DNA of 64,000 bases from Cyanidioschyzon merolae (Eukaryota): assembly GCA_000091205.1 (NCBI GenBank), contig AP006485.2, one strand, 5' to 3'. Made by a program: the position numbers and the translations under genes. Below the pieces are notes generated by a model. That model searched no databases. It saw only the letters and a program-made list of their open reading frames with translations, and was not told the DNA's origin. Shown here piece by piece: positions 1-12,372 of this stretch (the first letter of the stretch is position 1; each line of letters opens with the position of its first letter).

Positions 1-2420
1 TGGATCGCTGCGACCCGTCGGCGATGGTAACATCTACATCCCCAACGCCTACGAGTACCAAACCATCCTCAAAAAGCATCTATGCGTCAAACAAGGGCGC
101 TGCATGGGCACTGTATCCGTAGTGGCCTCAACGCATCGACCAAGAGGCTTGTGCGTCAATAAAAAGGAATTTCTGGTGAGTCGCTGAAGGCGAGCGGCGG
201 GCTGGTGATGGAAGCGCTCGACGTGCTAGCGAGTCCCGATGAGATATTGCAACGAGAGCGGCATTCACCTCGTATCGTCTAGGCTCGTGGTGTTGCTGTG
301 GGCTTGGCATCGACGCGTGTCGTACACATGGGATATTTGAAACGTAGTGCCTGAATTCCTCGCATCTTGCGCCTCTCTGTTTCCCTGAACAGAGGTCTGC
401 AGAACGATGCATATGATTTCCCCAAACCCGGGCGTCCAAGTCTGCTCAAACGCTGATTCGATGTGCTTCCCACGTATCGTAACAAGTCCTATGGTGTAAA
501 CGAATACATTGGTGTACTGGAATGTATGGCCTGTTCAGTGAGCGACGGCTGATCGCTGAAGGCAAATCCGAAGTACTCGAACGGCTTCACGAAGCGCATT
601 GTCCGAGGCCGGTAAAGATTTCTCGTTTACAAGGAGAAAACGGATAGAAATCTGCATAGAGCATGCACGCCTACAGCATATGCATCTATGTGTACTTTGC
701 GAGACCTAGGCATGAGTTGCGCGGAATGGACTAATTTGCAATCGTTCAAAGCAAATGAGAAGAAGGATTTTGTGGTGAGCATGGCTCTCGTGCCGACAAA
801 CATCATGGCCGACGTCGTCCAGCTAAATCAAGGCTCGGGTGACCAAGGCCTGAATGGAAAGCACATGAAGCAGTTCAAAGATTCTGAAGCTCGTTATCAT
901 TCGAAATCGAGCACGGTGGAAGCCACGAGACTTTCCAGCAAGTGGAGCAATGGCACCAGGACCCATCTCGAAGCCCAGAGTATCATATCGCACAGAGACG
1001 GATGCTTCGTACTCGTCATTCAGAGCGTGCACGGGTGCTCAAGTGGCTCATACACACAATGTTTGGCGGGAGTACATGCGCTCGCTCTTCGGTCGCCAAC
1101 TGTTTCGACTATACCAAGACGACAATCGCGCTTTCGCCAGGTTTCTTAACGATTTCTAAAGAAGATACAGCTGAATATTCGGGTCGTTTAATGATGCCCT
1201 AGGGCGTTGAACGGGCTAGGTCGCGCAAACCCTGAACCCCTGCTCCTTCGACGAAATCGAGCACCGAGCGCAGGAAGCGGTTCTGCAGGATTCTCGTCGA
1301 TGAAGTCCGGATGACGTTCACGGAACACGTGCACAAGTACATCTTGAAGCTGGCTCAGAAAGAGATCCTGAAGCAGAGCCCCATGCACGTATTATTGTAC
1401 GGTACGCTCATCAAACGTCTGACGGGGCGTCGATCGAAGGCACGCGTGTTGCCATGGATTCATATTATCAGCAGAAATGCGCAGAAGCACTTTCAGCACA
1501 GAGACGAGAACATCTCGATCAGCACTTGGGAATATCTCGGTCTTGCACAGCGCCAACCAGTTTCGTCGAGCGAATTTCCATGGGAATCGAATAGGACACC
1601 ATGTGAGGATGAACGCGAACGCTGACGGCTTCCAGTAAAAATATTCACTGGCGAGCATCGAGGGCATGTGATTCCCGCCTGGAGCAACGCCCCGGCGTGC
1701 CATAGCTCGGCATTCTCGCAAGACCAGAGCACCGATTCTACGCATCGGACACCAGCCTCTGGACAATTCCTGAACGAGTTCTGTGCTCCATTGTTCGGTG
1801 TTCTTGTGTATTGCCATGACATCTCCTGTGGAGTCGAATGCAGCAGCGCCACGGATGTGATCACTGTGAAGATCAACCTGCTTTTCCGCGCACAATCCTT
1901 CTCATTATTGCAAGAATAGAATCCTACTGCAACCGGCCTAGAGCAAGGATCACTAGTCCGTCAGCGGTGCCTGTTGCAAGCGTTGCACGAAACCCCGGCA
2001 GCAGCTGCAGCAGCGCCTGGGACACTCGAACTGCACGAACTTTTGCACCACCGCCGCCCCTATCAACGTACCTTACCGACTACTACGGAACTCTCTGTGG
2101 CGCACCTGAGACACGATCCTGGTCGCGTGGACGCCCTTCTAGAAGCATTCGATACCAGGACGACTCGCAAAACTCGGCGTATGGACCACAAAATGCCAGC
2201 GCCTCGAAATTACAGACTAGCGCATTGAGCTGAATCCGGTGCAGCGGCAGCATCAACGTCATATTGGTCCAGGCGTTGCTGCCCGCGCGACCTTGGTGTG
2301 AACGCGCGCTCCCAGTGCCCAAGTTTGCTGTGGACGCTTGACACTGCAGTTGTCTGCTGGGATTCAGTCGTATTGCACAGGTTGAACGGTTGAGAAGCAC
2401 ACACACTCGTCGAAACTGTT

Positions 2421-4379
2421 ATGTCTTTGGAACGCTCTAGCGCACAACGGGTTGATGCTTTGCGCAAACTCCTAGCCGCTCGCGGACTCGATGCATACCT
2501 GGTCCCTTCGGAGGACGCGCATGCCTCTGAGTACGTTGCAGCTTGTTTCCAGCGGCGGGCATTTCTGACCGGATTCACGGGCTCCGCTGGTACTGCAGTC
2601 GTTACGCGCGACCGAGCTTTTCTCTATACTGACGGGCGCTACTTTGTGCAGGCGGAACGGGAGCTCGACCCCAACGTGTGGGAACTGAAGAAACATCTCA
2701 TAGATCCACCGATGGAAGAGTTTTTGGGCACTGTGCTGGCTTCCGGATCGCGCTTGGGGTTTGATCCCGAGACGCTTTCCATCAGTGCCTTCAACAGGCT
2801 GCGCAAAGCGCTGCAGCAGCACGGCATTCACCTGGTTCCTGTTACGAACGAACAGGACGGCACGGAGAGCGCTAGCACGCGCTGCAATTTAGTGGACCTT
2901 GTATGGGGAGCCGCCCGACCAGCGGAACCTCGCTCCGTCGTTTTTCCGCATGCGCTCTGTTTTGCTGGTGAGACGGCAGCGAGCAAGGTGAGCAGGGTCC
3001 TCAACGACATGGCGAAAAACCGGGTGGACTGGCTTGTTGTTTGCGCACTTGATGAAATCACCTGGCTCTTGAACTTGCGCGGAAATGACATCGAATACAA
3101 TCCGGTTTTTCTGGCGTATGTGCTCTTACATCGACGCGCTGTCTCTGAGGCCGAAAACGAGCCCGCTGGTGACTTGTACCTGTATACCGAGCAGGAGCGC
3201 CTCAACGCTGAGGCACGCGAGGCCCTCAAGGCCCTGAAAGCTCATCTAAGGCCGTATGAGGCTATCGCCACCGACCTGGAACAGCTCATCGCTCTGGGGG
3301 ATTGTGTCTGGTATGATCCGAGTCATACGAACTGTCTTATTGGACAAAAGCTCCATCTCGCGGAGTTCAGCGAAGCAACCCTGGACAGCAACCCTGCATC
3401 CGCCAAGCATGCAAGGCATTCAATTTTGGCAAAGGCAACCCCTATCGGCCTGTTCAAAGCTCGCAAGAACGAGACGGAGCTGGCTGGTATGCGCGCTGCA
3501 CACCTGCGGGACGCCGTGGCGCTCTGTCGCTTCCTGGCGTTGCTCGAGCACAAGCTCGTCGAACAGGGCACCACAATAAATGAGATGGAGGCTGCCCAGC
3601 TCCTGGACGAGTTTCGATCGCAACAGGAGCATTTTGTTTCACCGAGCTTTCCAACGATTTCGAGTGCTGGTCCGAACGCTGCGGTTATTCATTACAGGCC
3701 GTGTGCGGAGAGCGCTCGACCGATCACGAGGGATGCGATCTATCTGGTCGATTCAGGAGGTCAGTATCTGGACGGCACTACCGATGTGACACGAACGCTG
3801 CACTTTGGCACGCCTACCGCATTGGAGCGCGAGTGCTTTACGCGCGTGCTCAAAGGCTACATCCAGCTGGAGCAGGCATGCTTTCCTCCGGGTACTACTG
3901 GTCAACAGTTGGACGTTCTGGCGAGGTTGCCGCTCTGGCTCATCGGCCGCGACTATCGGCACGGTACTGGACACGGCGTCGGATGCTTCCTGAATGTGCA
4001 CGAGGGCCCGCAAATGATAAGTCCACGGTCTTCTGCCGGTGAGACGCCCCTGGAACCCGGCATGACTGTAACGAATGAACCAGGCTACTATGAGAACGGA
4101 CGGTTTGGCATGCGATTCGAGAATGTTCTGCTGGTTGTCCCGAAGCTTCATCCCGATCACTGCATGGACCGGAAAGCATTCCTGGGGTTTGAAAACATCA
4201 CGCTGGTTCCAGTAGAGCGCAAGTTGCTGGATACCAAACTTTTGACAGAACAAGAGATCGCTTGGATCGATTCTTATCATCAGAGCGTATGGAAAGCTGT
4301 GGCGCCGCTTGTTGCGGATGACCCGTTAGCAACAAAATGGTTGCATCAACAATGTCGATCATTGCGGGCGACATGTTAA
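2421..4379 (+). CDS. Xaa-Pro aminopeptidase (aminopeptidase P, M24B metallopeptidase)
   Basis: 652-aa uninterrupted ORF. N-terminal creatinase-like region and C-terminal pita-bread domain with 'HGTGHGVGCFLNVHEGP' and 'NEPGYYENGRFGMRFENV' metal-ligand motifs typical of eukaryotic XPNPEP1-type enzymes. Confidence 0.9.
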   Translation: MSLERSSAQRVDALRKLLAARGLDAYLVPSEDAHASEYVAACFQRRAFLTGFTGSAGTAVVTRDRAFLYTDGRYFVQAERELDPNVWELKKHLIDPPMEEFLGTVLASGSRLGFDPETLSISAFNRLRKALQQHGIHLVPVTNEQDGTESASTRCNLVDLVWGAARPAEPRSVVFPHALCFAGETAASKVSRVLNDMAKNRVDWLVVCALDEITWLLNLRGNDIEYNPVFLAYVLLHRRAVSEAENEPAGDLYLYTEQERLNAEAREALKALKAHLRPYEAIATDLEQLIALGDCVWYDPSHTNCLIGQKLHLAEFSEATLDSNPASAKHARHSILAKATPIGLFKARKNETELAGMRAAHLRDAVALCRFLALLEHKLVEQGTTINEMEAAQLLDEFRSQQEHFVSPSFPTISSAGPNAAVIHYRPCAESARPITRDAIYLVDSGGQYLDGTTDVTRTLHFGTPTALERECFTRVLKGYIQLEQACFPPGTTGQQLDVLARLPLWLIGRDYRHGTGHGVGCFLNVHEGPQMISPRSSAGETPLEPGMTVTNEPGYYENGRFGMRFENVLLVVPKLHPDHCMDRKAFLGFENITLVPVERKLLDTKLLTEQEIAWIDSYHQSVWKAVAPLVADDPLATKWLHQQCRSLRATC

Positions 4380-5842
4380 CATGAGCGACACTATAAATGT
4401 ATTGGTGCTGTGGATCGTACCTGCTCTGCAGACCTAGATGGTATGGGTGTATAGAGGTGTCGTTGCAACGTCCAAAACTTCGAAGCGCACGCAGACTCGT
4501 TACGGGATGCTGGAGCTCTGAACTATGTTATACATTTTCGCAGGCATCGATTCCTCTTTGAAGGCCCGCTTATGGCCACGGACGCACAGAGCGCTCCTAG
4601 TCGGGCTTTCCAGAACCAGACCACTTGCAGTTCCGAACGGCTCTGTGCACCACATAGAGACGATGCACCATCGGCCTCCAGATTCTTGTTCTTTTTCGAA
4701 AGACGACATGGTCTGCTCCGGGAATCGAATATACCGCTACCGCCCAGTGGTGTTTAGGTATGCGCTGCTTTCGAGACTCCTTCGAGAACGATACGATCCC
4801 ATACACTGCGAAGCTTTTGGAATGCCTTGTCACCTACCATAGAACATCGTTCCAGTTTGCCACTGAGCGGTGCACAGGGAGCCTGCTCATCGTTTCACCG
4901 TATGCCGCAGAAGCTAGCTCCAGCCGCAGTCAAGACGCAGCGCCTGTCCGCACCAGGGCAAGCGTTGTCCAGTACGCGGAAGCGCTTCTGCCTTTCCAAC
5001 CGGCAATACAACGCCAGTCGCTACCTGTCGAGCCAGTTCAGCAACGAAAACGTCGCTCAATCGTAGCTGCAAGCGCAGTGCAACGTACACGCCGACGCTC
5101 GCTGAAAGCATAGTAGACGGGGCTACGTGAGAGGCTCGCGAACCTCCGCTGCTCCCCAGCGCTTGACTGCTGCTTGGAGAGCGCCCGCTGGACTCATGTG
5201 CTCTCTTCCGCTTGAATCCAAAGCGTAACAATAGGTTAATCAGTTTCTATACGCTATTGATACCGGATCAGAGCCTCCAAACTGCTTTAGTTCGTCAATA
5301 GTATGCCGAGCTCCGCGTCAAATCGTCTGCCTCCAGCTTGAAGCAGAGACACCTGTGCCCGTTTTCGACCGCATAGCCCCGCAGCCACAAGGCACCTGGC
5401 GAGACCCCGACTTGAGGAGGCACTCGAGTGTCAACGCTGCGCCCCCGATACACAGCGTTATCTGTTCACCTGCTCGTGCACCACCTGCTTTCTTCCGAAT
5501 GAGCTGTCACGAACTGACGAAGACCCTCGTGCCTCAAAACCTGTGCTGCATGGAGACTCGTCAGCAACTACAATTCGCGCGTGAAGTGGCAACCTCCAGA
5601 GTTTCCCCACTCATCATAGTTCTCGATCTCTTCTTCATCCCCATACTTCTCCGTTTCAACGAAATAGAGCCTGTGGGGCACAACGAGAAACAGCCGATGA
5701 TGCCCCTGCTTCAATACCGGACCCCGGCCGACGGTCGCAGCGCACCGCTTCTCCGCAGGCTGTCTTCTAGGCAGGCTGCTTTCGTGCACAGCGGCTTGGT
5801 GCTGCGCATACGCATAGGTGTGCTGGACTGTAGAAGGCTACG

Positions 5843-7240
5843 ATGCAGGGCACACGGTCATTAGAGCCATGGGACAGTGATAAGCTCGCTTTTCTGCACC
5901 GACCTTTCCTGTCGGCTCGGCGGCGGCTGCGTTTGCAGTGCGCTCTGAACGAAACCGTACGTGTTCAGGTTCCTCGCGGAAACGGCACACTTGGTGTTAC
6001 AACTCATAGCGCTAAGTTTGCGCTGCAGACGGCTACTGGACCGGTCGAGATCAGTCCAGGGTCTAGAGGTCGAGACGGTTTTCCGGTCTGGGGGTTCAGT
6101 GCTGCAGTTGTCGCTGCAGGACTCGCTTCGACCTGGCTCTATCGCTACGTTGGCGAACGCTATAGCTTTCCGCTGCTCACAGGCACCCTGCAGGAACTTC
6201 CTGCAGCGGGCGATCGTCTTCTGCGTCTGGTCGAGCGCTTGATAGCTGCCGAGCATGAACTCTCTTTCGATGAAGCAGCGGATGCGATGCACTGCATGCT
6301 GGAAACGGTTGGTGAACATCCAGCTCGCGTCGCTGCGTTTCTGGTGCTACTACGACGAAATGGTGCTGAAACTGGCCAAGTACTCGCCGGTATGGCGGCA
6401 GCGCTTCTGGAAAGAGCGGTCCTCGTGTCGACGGGCGATCTAGCCACTTTGGACATCGTCGGCACCGGTGGTGACGGGTCCAATACTGTGAATATATCGA
6501 CTGCAGCAGCGATCGTTGCGGCTGCTTGCGGAGCACGTGTTGCCAAGCACGGTAATCGCTCTGCCTCTTCAAAATGCGGTTCAGCTGACGTACTCGAAGC
6601 GCTTGGCGTTGCAATCGATCTGGGACCTGAGCAAGTTGCTCGCTGCATCGCCGAGACTGGTATTAGCTTTCTGATGGCGCCGCGTTTTCATCCACAGTTG
6701 GCAACAGTGGCACCACTACGGCGATCGCTGCGAGTGCGCACAGTTTTCAACAACCTAGGGCCACTGCTAAACCCGGCCCGAAGCCGCTATCAAGTCATTG
6801 GGGTTGCAGCACCGGAGCTCATGGAGCCCATGGCTGAGGCTGTGGCTCGCCTCGGAACCGAGCGCTCCTGGATTGTGCACTGTGCAGGTCTGGATGAAAT
6901 GGCGCCGATCGGTGCGACAGAGGTCATCGAAGTACGAAAAGACGTGCCTCCATGCCGGTTCCGAGTCGAGCCCGAAACACTAGGCATGCCTCTGTGTACC
7001 GTAGAGGATCTCGTTGGTGACGATTGTGCAGCCAATGCGGCGACGATCACGAGTATTTTGCAAGGCGCACCAGGCCCCATTAGCAATGCGATCATTATGA
7101 ATGCCGGAGCAGGGCTTGTCGTGTACGGTCTCGCGGAGACGCTACAGGATGCCTGTGACATGGCAGCGAACGCGCTGATGAGTGGCGCGGCGTGGGAGAC
7201 ACTGGAAAAGTGGAAGTCCTTGAGCCGGCAGCTTCAATAA
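5843..7240 (+). CDS. trpD: Anthranilate phosphoribosyltransferase (TrpD) with ~95-aa N-terminal extension (possible organelle transit peptide; true start may be downstream)
   Basis: TrpD hallmark 'DIVGTGGDGSNTVNISTAAAIVAAACGARVAKHGNRSASSKCGSADVLEALG' plus N-terminal helical domain 'AAFLVLLRRNGAETGQVLAGMAAAL'. The first ~95 residues have no TrpD equivalent. Confidence 0.8.
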   Translation: MQGTRSLEPWDSDKLAFLHRPFLSARRRLRLQCALNETVRVQVPRGNGTLGVTTHSAKFALQTATGPVEISPGSRGRDGFPVWGFSAAVVAAGLASTWLYRYVGERYSFPLLTGTLQELPAAGDRLLRLVERLIAAEHELSFDEAADAMHCMLETVGEHPARVAAFLVLLRRNGAETGQVLAGMAAALLERAVLVSTGDLATLDIVGTGGDGSNTVNISTAAAIVAAACGARVAKHGNRSASSKCGSADVLEALGVAIDLGPEQVARCIAETGISFLMAPRFHPQLATVAPLRRSLRVRTVFNNLGPLLNPARSRYQVIGVAAPELMEPMAEAVARLGTERSWIVHCAGLDEMAPIGATEVIEVRKDVPPCRFRVEPETLGMPLCTVEDLVGDDCAANAATITSILQGAPGPISNAIIMNAGAGLVVYGLAETLQDACDMAANALMSGAAWETLEKWKSLSRQLQ

Positions 7241-8361
7241 TTAGACCGCGGAATGACGATTCGTCGGGAATGGCGAATACGCGGCGATACGCTTTGGACA
7301 CACGCTGGTACCAGCACACGAATCCTGTGCAGCGATGCGAAAAAACGCTCATCTGGAAGCGTACGAGTCGCTGGCACCGTCTGCCTGGAGGCGTATGCGA
7401 ATCCGACCTTGCGTGACCTACAGATGGTTTATAAACCGCTGATTCAAAGCTTTTTGATGAATACGCATTTCATCCTGTTGGGCGCTCCTATCGGAAACGA
7501 AGAATGCCTTGTCGTTGGCTGCATCCACAAGTCTAATGCGGCAGCAGTTGCAGCCAGAACCAATTGTCTGCTCCTTGAGCGCTCGCTCTTCGCTTGACCG
7601 ACTAGGGAACCTTCGACGGATCCGAGGCACAAGATGCACCTTCTGAAACCATACAAGCTACTGTCTTCGGTCTGTGACTGGTCCCAGGACTGATGATTCA
7701 GAAAACGCCTCTTATTGGAGCGTTCCGAGATACGTATCAAGCGCGAAGGCACCTGTCAATAAGCAATTGGCATCGACAGATAGACTCGTGCGCAAGTTGG
7801 AAAACACTGTGAAGCGACGCTACAAGCCCAATGTTGCATCTTGCCACCGATATTTAGAATGATGCACCAGCAGCAGCAACAGCAGCAGCCGGCCGTCTCA
7901 GCTCCAGCACACCCTAGTGGCGAAACGCGACGCTCGTCCGAACACGCGCAAGTCAGTGGGCGGAAGAGCCCTCGAGTCTCTCCGACATTTGCTGCGCTTC
8001 CCGTTTCCTGCGGATGTAGTCCTTCTGCTGGCAAACTTCGTAAGCGTGCCTCAGTTCGGTGCAGTGCCAAGGAAGATAAAAGTGTTCGCGGCGACAGCGG
8101 TTCAGTGGCACGAGAAGGTGCGCGCACCCGTCGCGCCACTCCAAAGGAACCTTATTCGCGATGCAGAAAGCCTCATCAACAGGTTTCGGATCGGTATCGA
8201 CGGATTCGACGTGTCTCCCCGTCATGGAAACCAGTAACGGGGTGCAAACAACTGCAACGCTAACGAGACGTTACCTCGTCGAAGCACTTCTACGGCGTTT
8301 CCCGCGCACCCGCGACGCAGTTGTGTGATGGAACGGCAGCGGCGATGCGTGCCGTCTCGCT

Positions 8362-9060
8362 GGCACGCATCCGAGCACATGAACTTGGAAGTCGGAGGTT
8401 TGATGGATCGTTTACCGCGCACTGAAAAAAAAAGTAAGAAGAGAAAAAGCGCACAATCGGATAACGCTGGACAAAGTAAACGTTTATTCAGTGAACGTAA
8501 AAGCATCCGTGCGCATGAACTTGGAAGTCGGAGGTTTGATGGATCGTTTACCGCGCACTGAAAAAAAAGTAAGAAGAGAAAAAGCGCACAATCGGATAAC
8601 GCTGGACAAAGTAAACGATTATTCAGTGAACGTAAAAGCATCCGAGCACATGAACTTGGAAGTCGGAGGTTTGATGGATCGTTTACCGCGCACTGAAAAA
8701 AAAAGTAAGAAGAGAAAAAGCGCACAATCGGATAACGCTGGACAAAGTAAACGATTATTCAGTGAACGTAAAAGCATCCGAGCACATGAACTTGGAAGTC
8801 GGAGGTTTGATGGATCGTTTACCGCGCACTGAAAAAAAGTAAGAAGAGAAAAAGCGCACAGTCGGATAACGCTGGACAAAGTAAACGTTTATTCAGTGAA
8901 AGTAAAAGCATCCGTGTGCATGAACTTGGAAGTCGGAGGTTTGATGGATCGTTTACCGCGCACTGAAAAAAAAAGTAAGAAGAGAAAAAGCGCACAATCG
9001 GATAACGCTGGACAAAGTAAACGATTATTCAGTGAACGTAAAAGCATCCGTGTGCATGCG
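8362..9060 (+). repeat. Tandem array of ~5 copies of a ~135-bp unit (near-identical copies)
   Basis: Unit 'catgaacttggaagtcggaggtttgatggatcgtttaccgcgcactgaaaaaaaaagtaagaagagaaaaagcgcacaatcggataacgctggacaaagtaaacg(a/t)ttattcagtgaacgtaaaagcatccg(t/a)gcg' recurs with period 132-137 bp starting at 8378, 8515, 8650, 8787 and 8919. Both-strand ORFs over it (8222-8725, 8491-8832) are repeat artefacts. Confidence 0.9.
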
Positions 9061-9149
9061 TGAGCCATAACATCATGTTTCACGTGAACCATGTTCCATA
9101 CGCAGATGCGTGGCATCATATGCTTTTTCGCGGTTTATTGCTGCTGTGT

Positions 9150-9590
9150 TCGATACCTGTGCTCATTCGAAGGAATAGAGAATCCACAGGAACAGGATAG
9201 AGATGGAACAAGGGGATTCTTGGAGTTTGCCATCCCTGGTATAAACAAAAAACGAAAGAATCCTCTTCTCCGTGATCATCGAGCGAAGAAGGGCACCTGA
9301 CGCAGACGAACGCGAGGAACAGGTGCGTTCAACCAGCGACAACGAACGTGTGGAGCTCGTGATCCGACACTTTAACGTCGTCATCAATAGCAGGAGATGT
9401 ATGGCGTTGAAGACAAGACCCGAGGAGCTGTGGCCAGCGAAATCTGTGGGGCAATCTTTCGGGCTTGACGTGTGTAGCGAGAAACCAAAGCCGATAGCAG
9501 TCGATCGGTCAAAAAAGACTGGTAGGCGTCTGTGCCTGGGTATCTAGTTACACTCCCGCGTTGCGGAACATGTTCGGTACTAGTGAACTG
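9150..9590 (+). pseudogene. C-terminal fragment of a TnpB/Fanzor-like RuvC nuclease (copy A; RuvC-III region, catalytic Asp replaced)
   Basis: ORF 9272-9547 '...ELVIRHFNVVINSRRCMALKTRPEELWP...KPKPIAVDRSKKTGRRLCLGI' aligns with the RuvC-III/C-terminal tails of the copies at 20.7, 29.3 and 61.6 kb ('RMEFVNRDFNAAINTRRC...', '...GGRSKNTGRRLRVG'). Truncated upstream by the tandem array. Confidence 0.55.
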
Positions 9591-11702
9591 CGTAGATGCA
9601 GAGGAAGGAAACACGTCGATTCATGCCAGATGGTCCGCAGGGCACGAGGCGCCTCAGCGAGCGACGGAGCACACTCCTTTCAAATACGTATCGCTTTTGC
9701 CGTGGATGTCAATTGTCTTTCCATGGACTTTTCGCAAACCAATCAGCCATGCACGTGCGCTGTGCTCGTTTCCAATTAAAATGAGAGACTGGACATCGCG
9801 CCCTGTTCCTGGTTTGAGCGTTTGCCGGACTTTTTGTTCAGAAGTGCAGACTCGACATTCGAAGTTGAACAACAGGAAATGATGGATTCATATCCGGTGT
9901 TACGATTCTCGGTCGTGTTGTCGACGTTGCTCGACTGTCTCTCTCTCTCTCTCCATCTCTCTCGCTGGAATTCTTCACGTCACCGGTATCAGGATGATTT
10001 CCGACGATCTCGAAAGGCGGTTTCGCAAGATAACCGCTCTCATGATGCAATGCGCATGCCCATGCATCCATACTCGTCCTTTCCTTACATGTACTGCAGC
10101 AAAATCGCGCATGCCTCAAGTTTCCAATCCTTGTTTCTCAAGATATCTCGGGTGCGTAGCCGTGCGAGCGCCTGGATTGAGGACCAAAACTACTCCGTGT
10201 TGTCCCTTGACGACCTGTTCACAAGCTCATGCCAAAACTTTGTTGAACTCGTTATCTCAAATAATCAATTCTGTTCCAAAGACAAACCCTCGATGCCTTT
10301 ACGTCATCCCAGGACCATCATTCTGCAGCAGCACGATACCTCTACCAGGTAATGCTCCCAGAGAGACCTATCTCTTGTGTTTGCCTGGGAAAGCTACTTG
10401 GACTCGAATCTGCGTCATCGCATCGATCGCTTCCAAAGGAACGCTTGTCACCGCTGTGCACGAAGCGAACGTACATGGATCGAAAGTCCCCGACTTTGCT
10501 TTCCAGTCTGGATTTAGCTTCCCATAGATGCTTCATCATGGACAACATCACGTGCCGCAAATTATCCATCGCATGCGAAAGCGAGCACTCGCGTGTGCAG
10601 CTGACGAAGTACACTCCCGGCGGATCGCTCGGGCCAGGCCCATGATCACAGGGCATGGTGCTGGACACGGAAACATAGGAGAGCATCGAGGTGAGCTTTC
10701 TGTACCTGTCAAGAGCGTCTGCGTTGTTCTGCAGAAAGCGTGCACACGCAGCAGACCGGCGTTCGGAGTAGGATGAGGTGCTGTGGACCTCACGAGATAT
10801 TTGACCACAATTGATAGTCTCCGCTGCGAACAGCGCACTGCGGATGTACATACAAAGTAGATCAATGTGGCAAGCGAACCGTATATCGCAACTGCTATCC
10901 GTGCATGAACGACGCTGCCAAGAAAAGCAAGATAGCAAATCATGACGTGAACGCTCCCACGAGCATCCTACAACTGCTGAAACCAGAGGCGACGGAAAAA
11001 GTAGAGAGCCGCGCATTTAAGGCTGGAAACAAGAGATAAGCAGGGGAAGCAGTCACAGAAAAATTCCGCAAAGCCCGGTACTGATGACTGCGAAAAGCGA
11101 CCAGCGTTTCTCTAGATACGCCCGAGTCAGGCAAGTGCACCCGTTCCGGTGTATTCTCCTGACACGGGTGCAATTGCCGACCCGCGGCGGTGAACCTCGC
11201 AAACACATTCCTCCGTCGGACACGTTCACGCAGTCGAGGGGCTCTCGCTCGCCAGCCATCACTCTGCGAAAGTTTTGGTGATGCAGAAAGCGCTCCCAGT
11301 TACGAAACACTGCAACCACCGCGCAGACTCTGGTAACTGTGCGTCGGTCTGTTCCCGCTTATGACGCGCAAATGGCAAGGCCGTGCTCCTCCGAAACGCA
11401 ACTCGTCGTCGTGTCTCCACCTGCACGTTGGACCTCGTTTCCCAATGTTTTTCTCTGCAATTTCGGGGATGCTCACCAACCTGTCCCGGTCTGCGTCACC
11501 CTGCCGGGCTACCACGAGATACTAGGGCACATTCCGTTGGCCATTGACGTCCGCACAACCACCGGGAAGGTGCGATCGGTTCCCGCCTTGTCGTCTACGC
11601 TTCCGCTCTTTGATAGGCTCTTTTCGCCGTGCATCCTTGCAAATCGTCTTTCAGGCTTTCTATGCGGTCACACTGACGAGCGCGCCTGCCGACGTTCGGT
11701 AA

Positions 11703-11709
11703 TCCTCGT

Positions 11710-11740
<31 letters not shown>

Positions 11741-11741
11741 C
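11703..11741. repeat. (CAG)n microsatellite, ~12 units
   Basis: 'cagcagcagcagcagcagcagcagcagcagcac' is read directly from the sequence. It produces poly-Ala/poly-Gln/poly-Ser runs in spurious ORFs (11339-11884 +, 11660-12115 -). Confidence 0.9.
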
Positions 11742-12372
11742 CTCGTGCGTGGACACGCGTCGAAGGACTCACGTCCACGCAGATGTCCACGGTATCTAGC
11801 TACTGCATCACACTCCGACGGATCCAAACTGGGCACCATGAGAACCCACGACAACATGCGCGACAGCCGGACGCAAGGACTTGACGCTAGCGAAGGCAAT
11901 TCGATCACGGAACATCGTGCACACTTTGGATGTTTGGTCTCAGCCCGAGCAGGGTTCCAGCTGGTGCCTGGTGCTCCACCAGCACTGCGGTCGCCCGCAG
12001 TACACGCCCGACGGATTGAACTACTTGCGACCTCGCCGAGTCGCCACCAGGGCATCCTCGGGAAAGCGAGCCCTGAAAGACAATGAACGCCCGCTGCCAT
12101 CGGCAACCAAATCATGCCCCGTTTTTCGGCTGAAACGCGTCTTCAGACGCCTCCGTCGCACGTCACACTCCGATTCCTTGTTCAAATGCGTCCTGAGACG
12201 TCTTCACCACCTGGTATCTGATGTGACGACGGCAAATAAAACTTCTGATCTTGAGTCGGTTGCCAGATGCCACGACAAGTGCCGTCGAGTCCCTGTGCTC
12301 GCATTCGCACGTGCGTATCTGCCTCTCAGTCGATAACCGCAAAGTAGTTTGCCCGGAATCGAGACGATCAAG

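Noticed and set aside
688-1895. Genes in the first 2.4 kb (ORFs 688-1149 +, 1392-1895 -)
   Set aside because: No recognisable motifs, mixed frames and short length. They may be the edge of a gene lying outside the window, but nothing here can be supported.
8222-8879. Repetitive protein-coding ORFs over the tandem array (8222-8725 -, 8491-8832 +, 8619-8879 -)
   Set aside because: The internal amino-acid repeats simply mirror the 135-bp DNA period on both strands. The low-complexity K/R/E or F/L-rich translations are artefacts of the A/G-rich unit.
8362-9060. CRISPR array
   Set aside because: The 135-bp units are directly contiguous with no unique spacers between them, the unit is far longer than a CRISPR repeat, and the context is eukaryotic.
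11339-12115. Poly-Ala/poly-Cys ORFs at 11339-11884 (+) and 11660-12115 (-)
   Set aside because: They are generated by the (CAG)n microsatellite at 11703-11741 and show no other coding signal.
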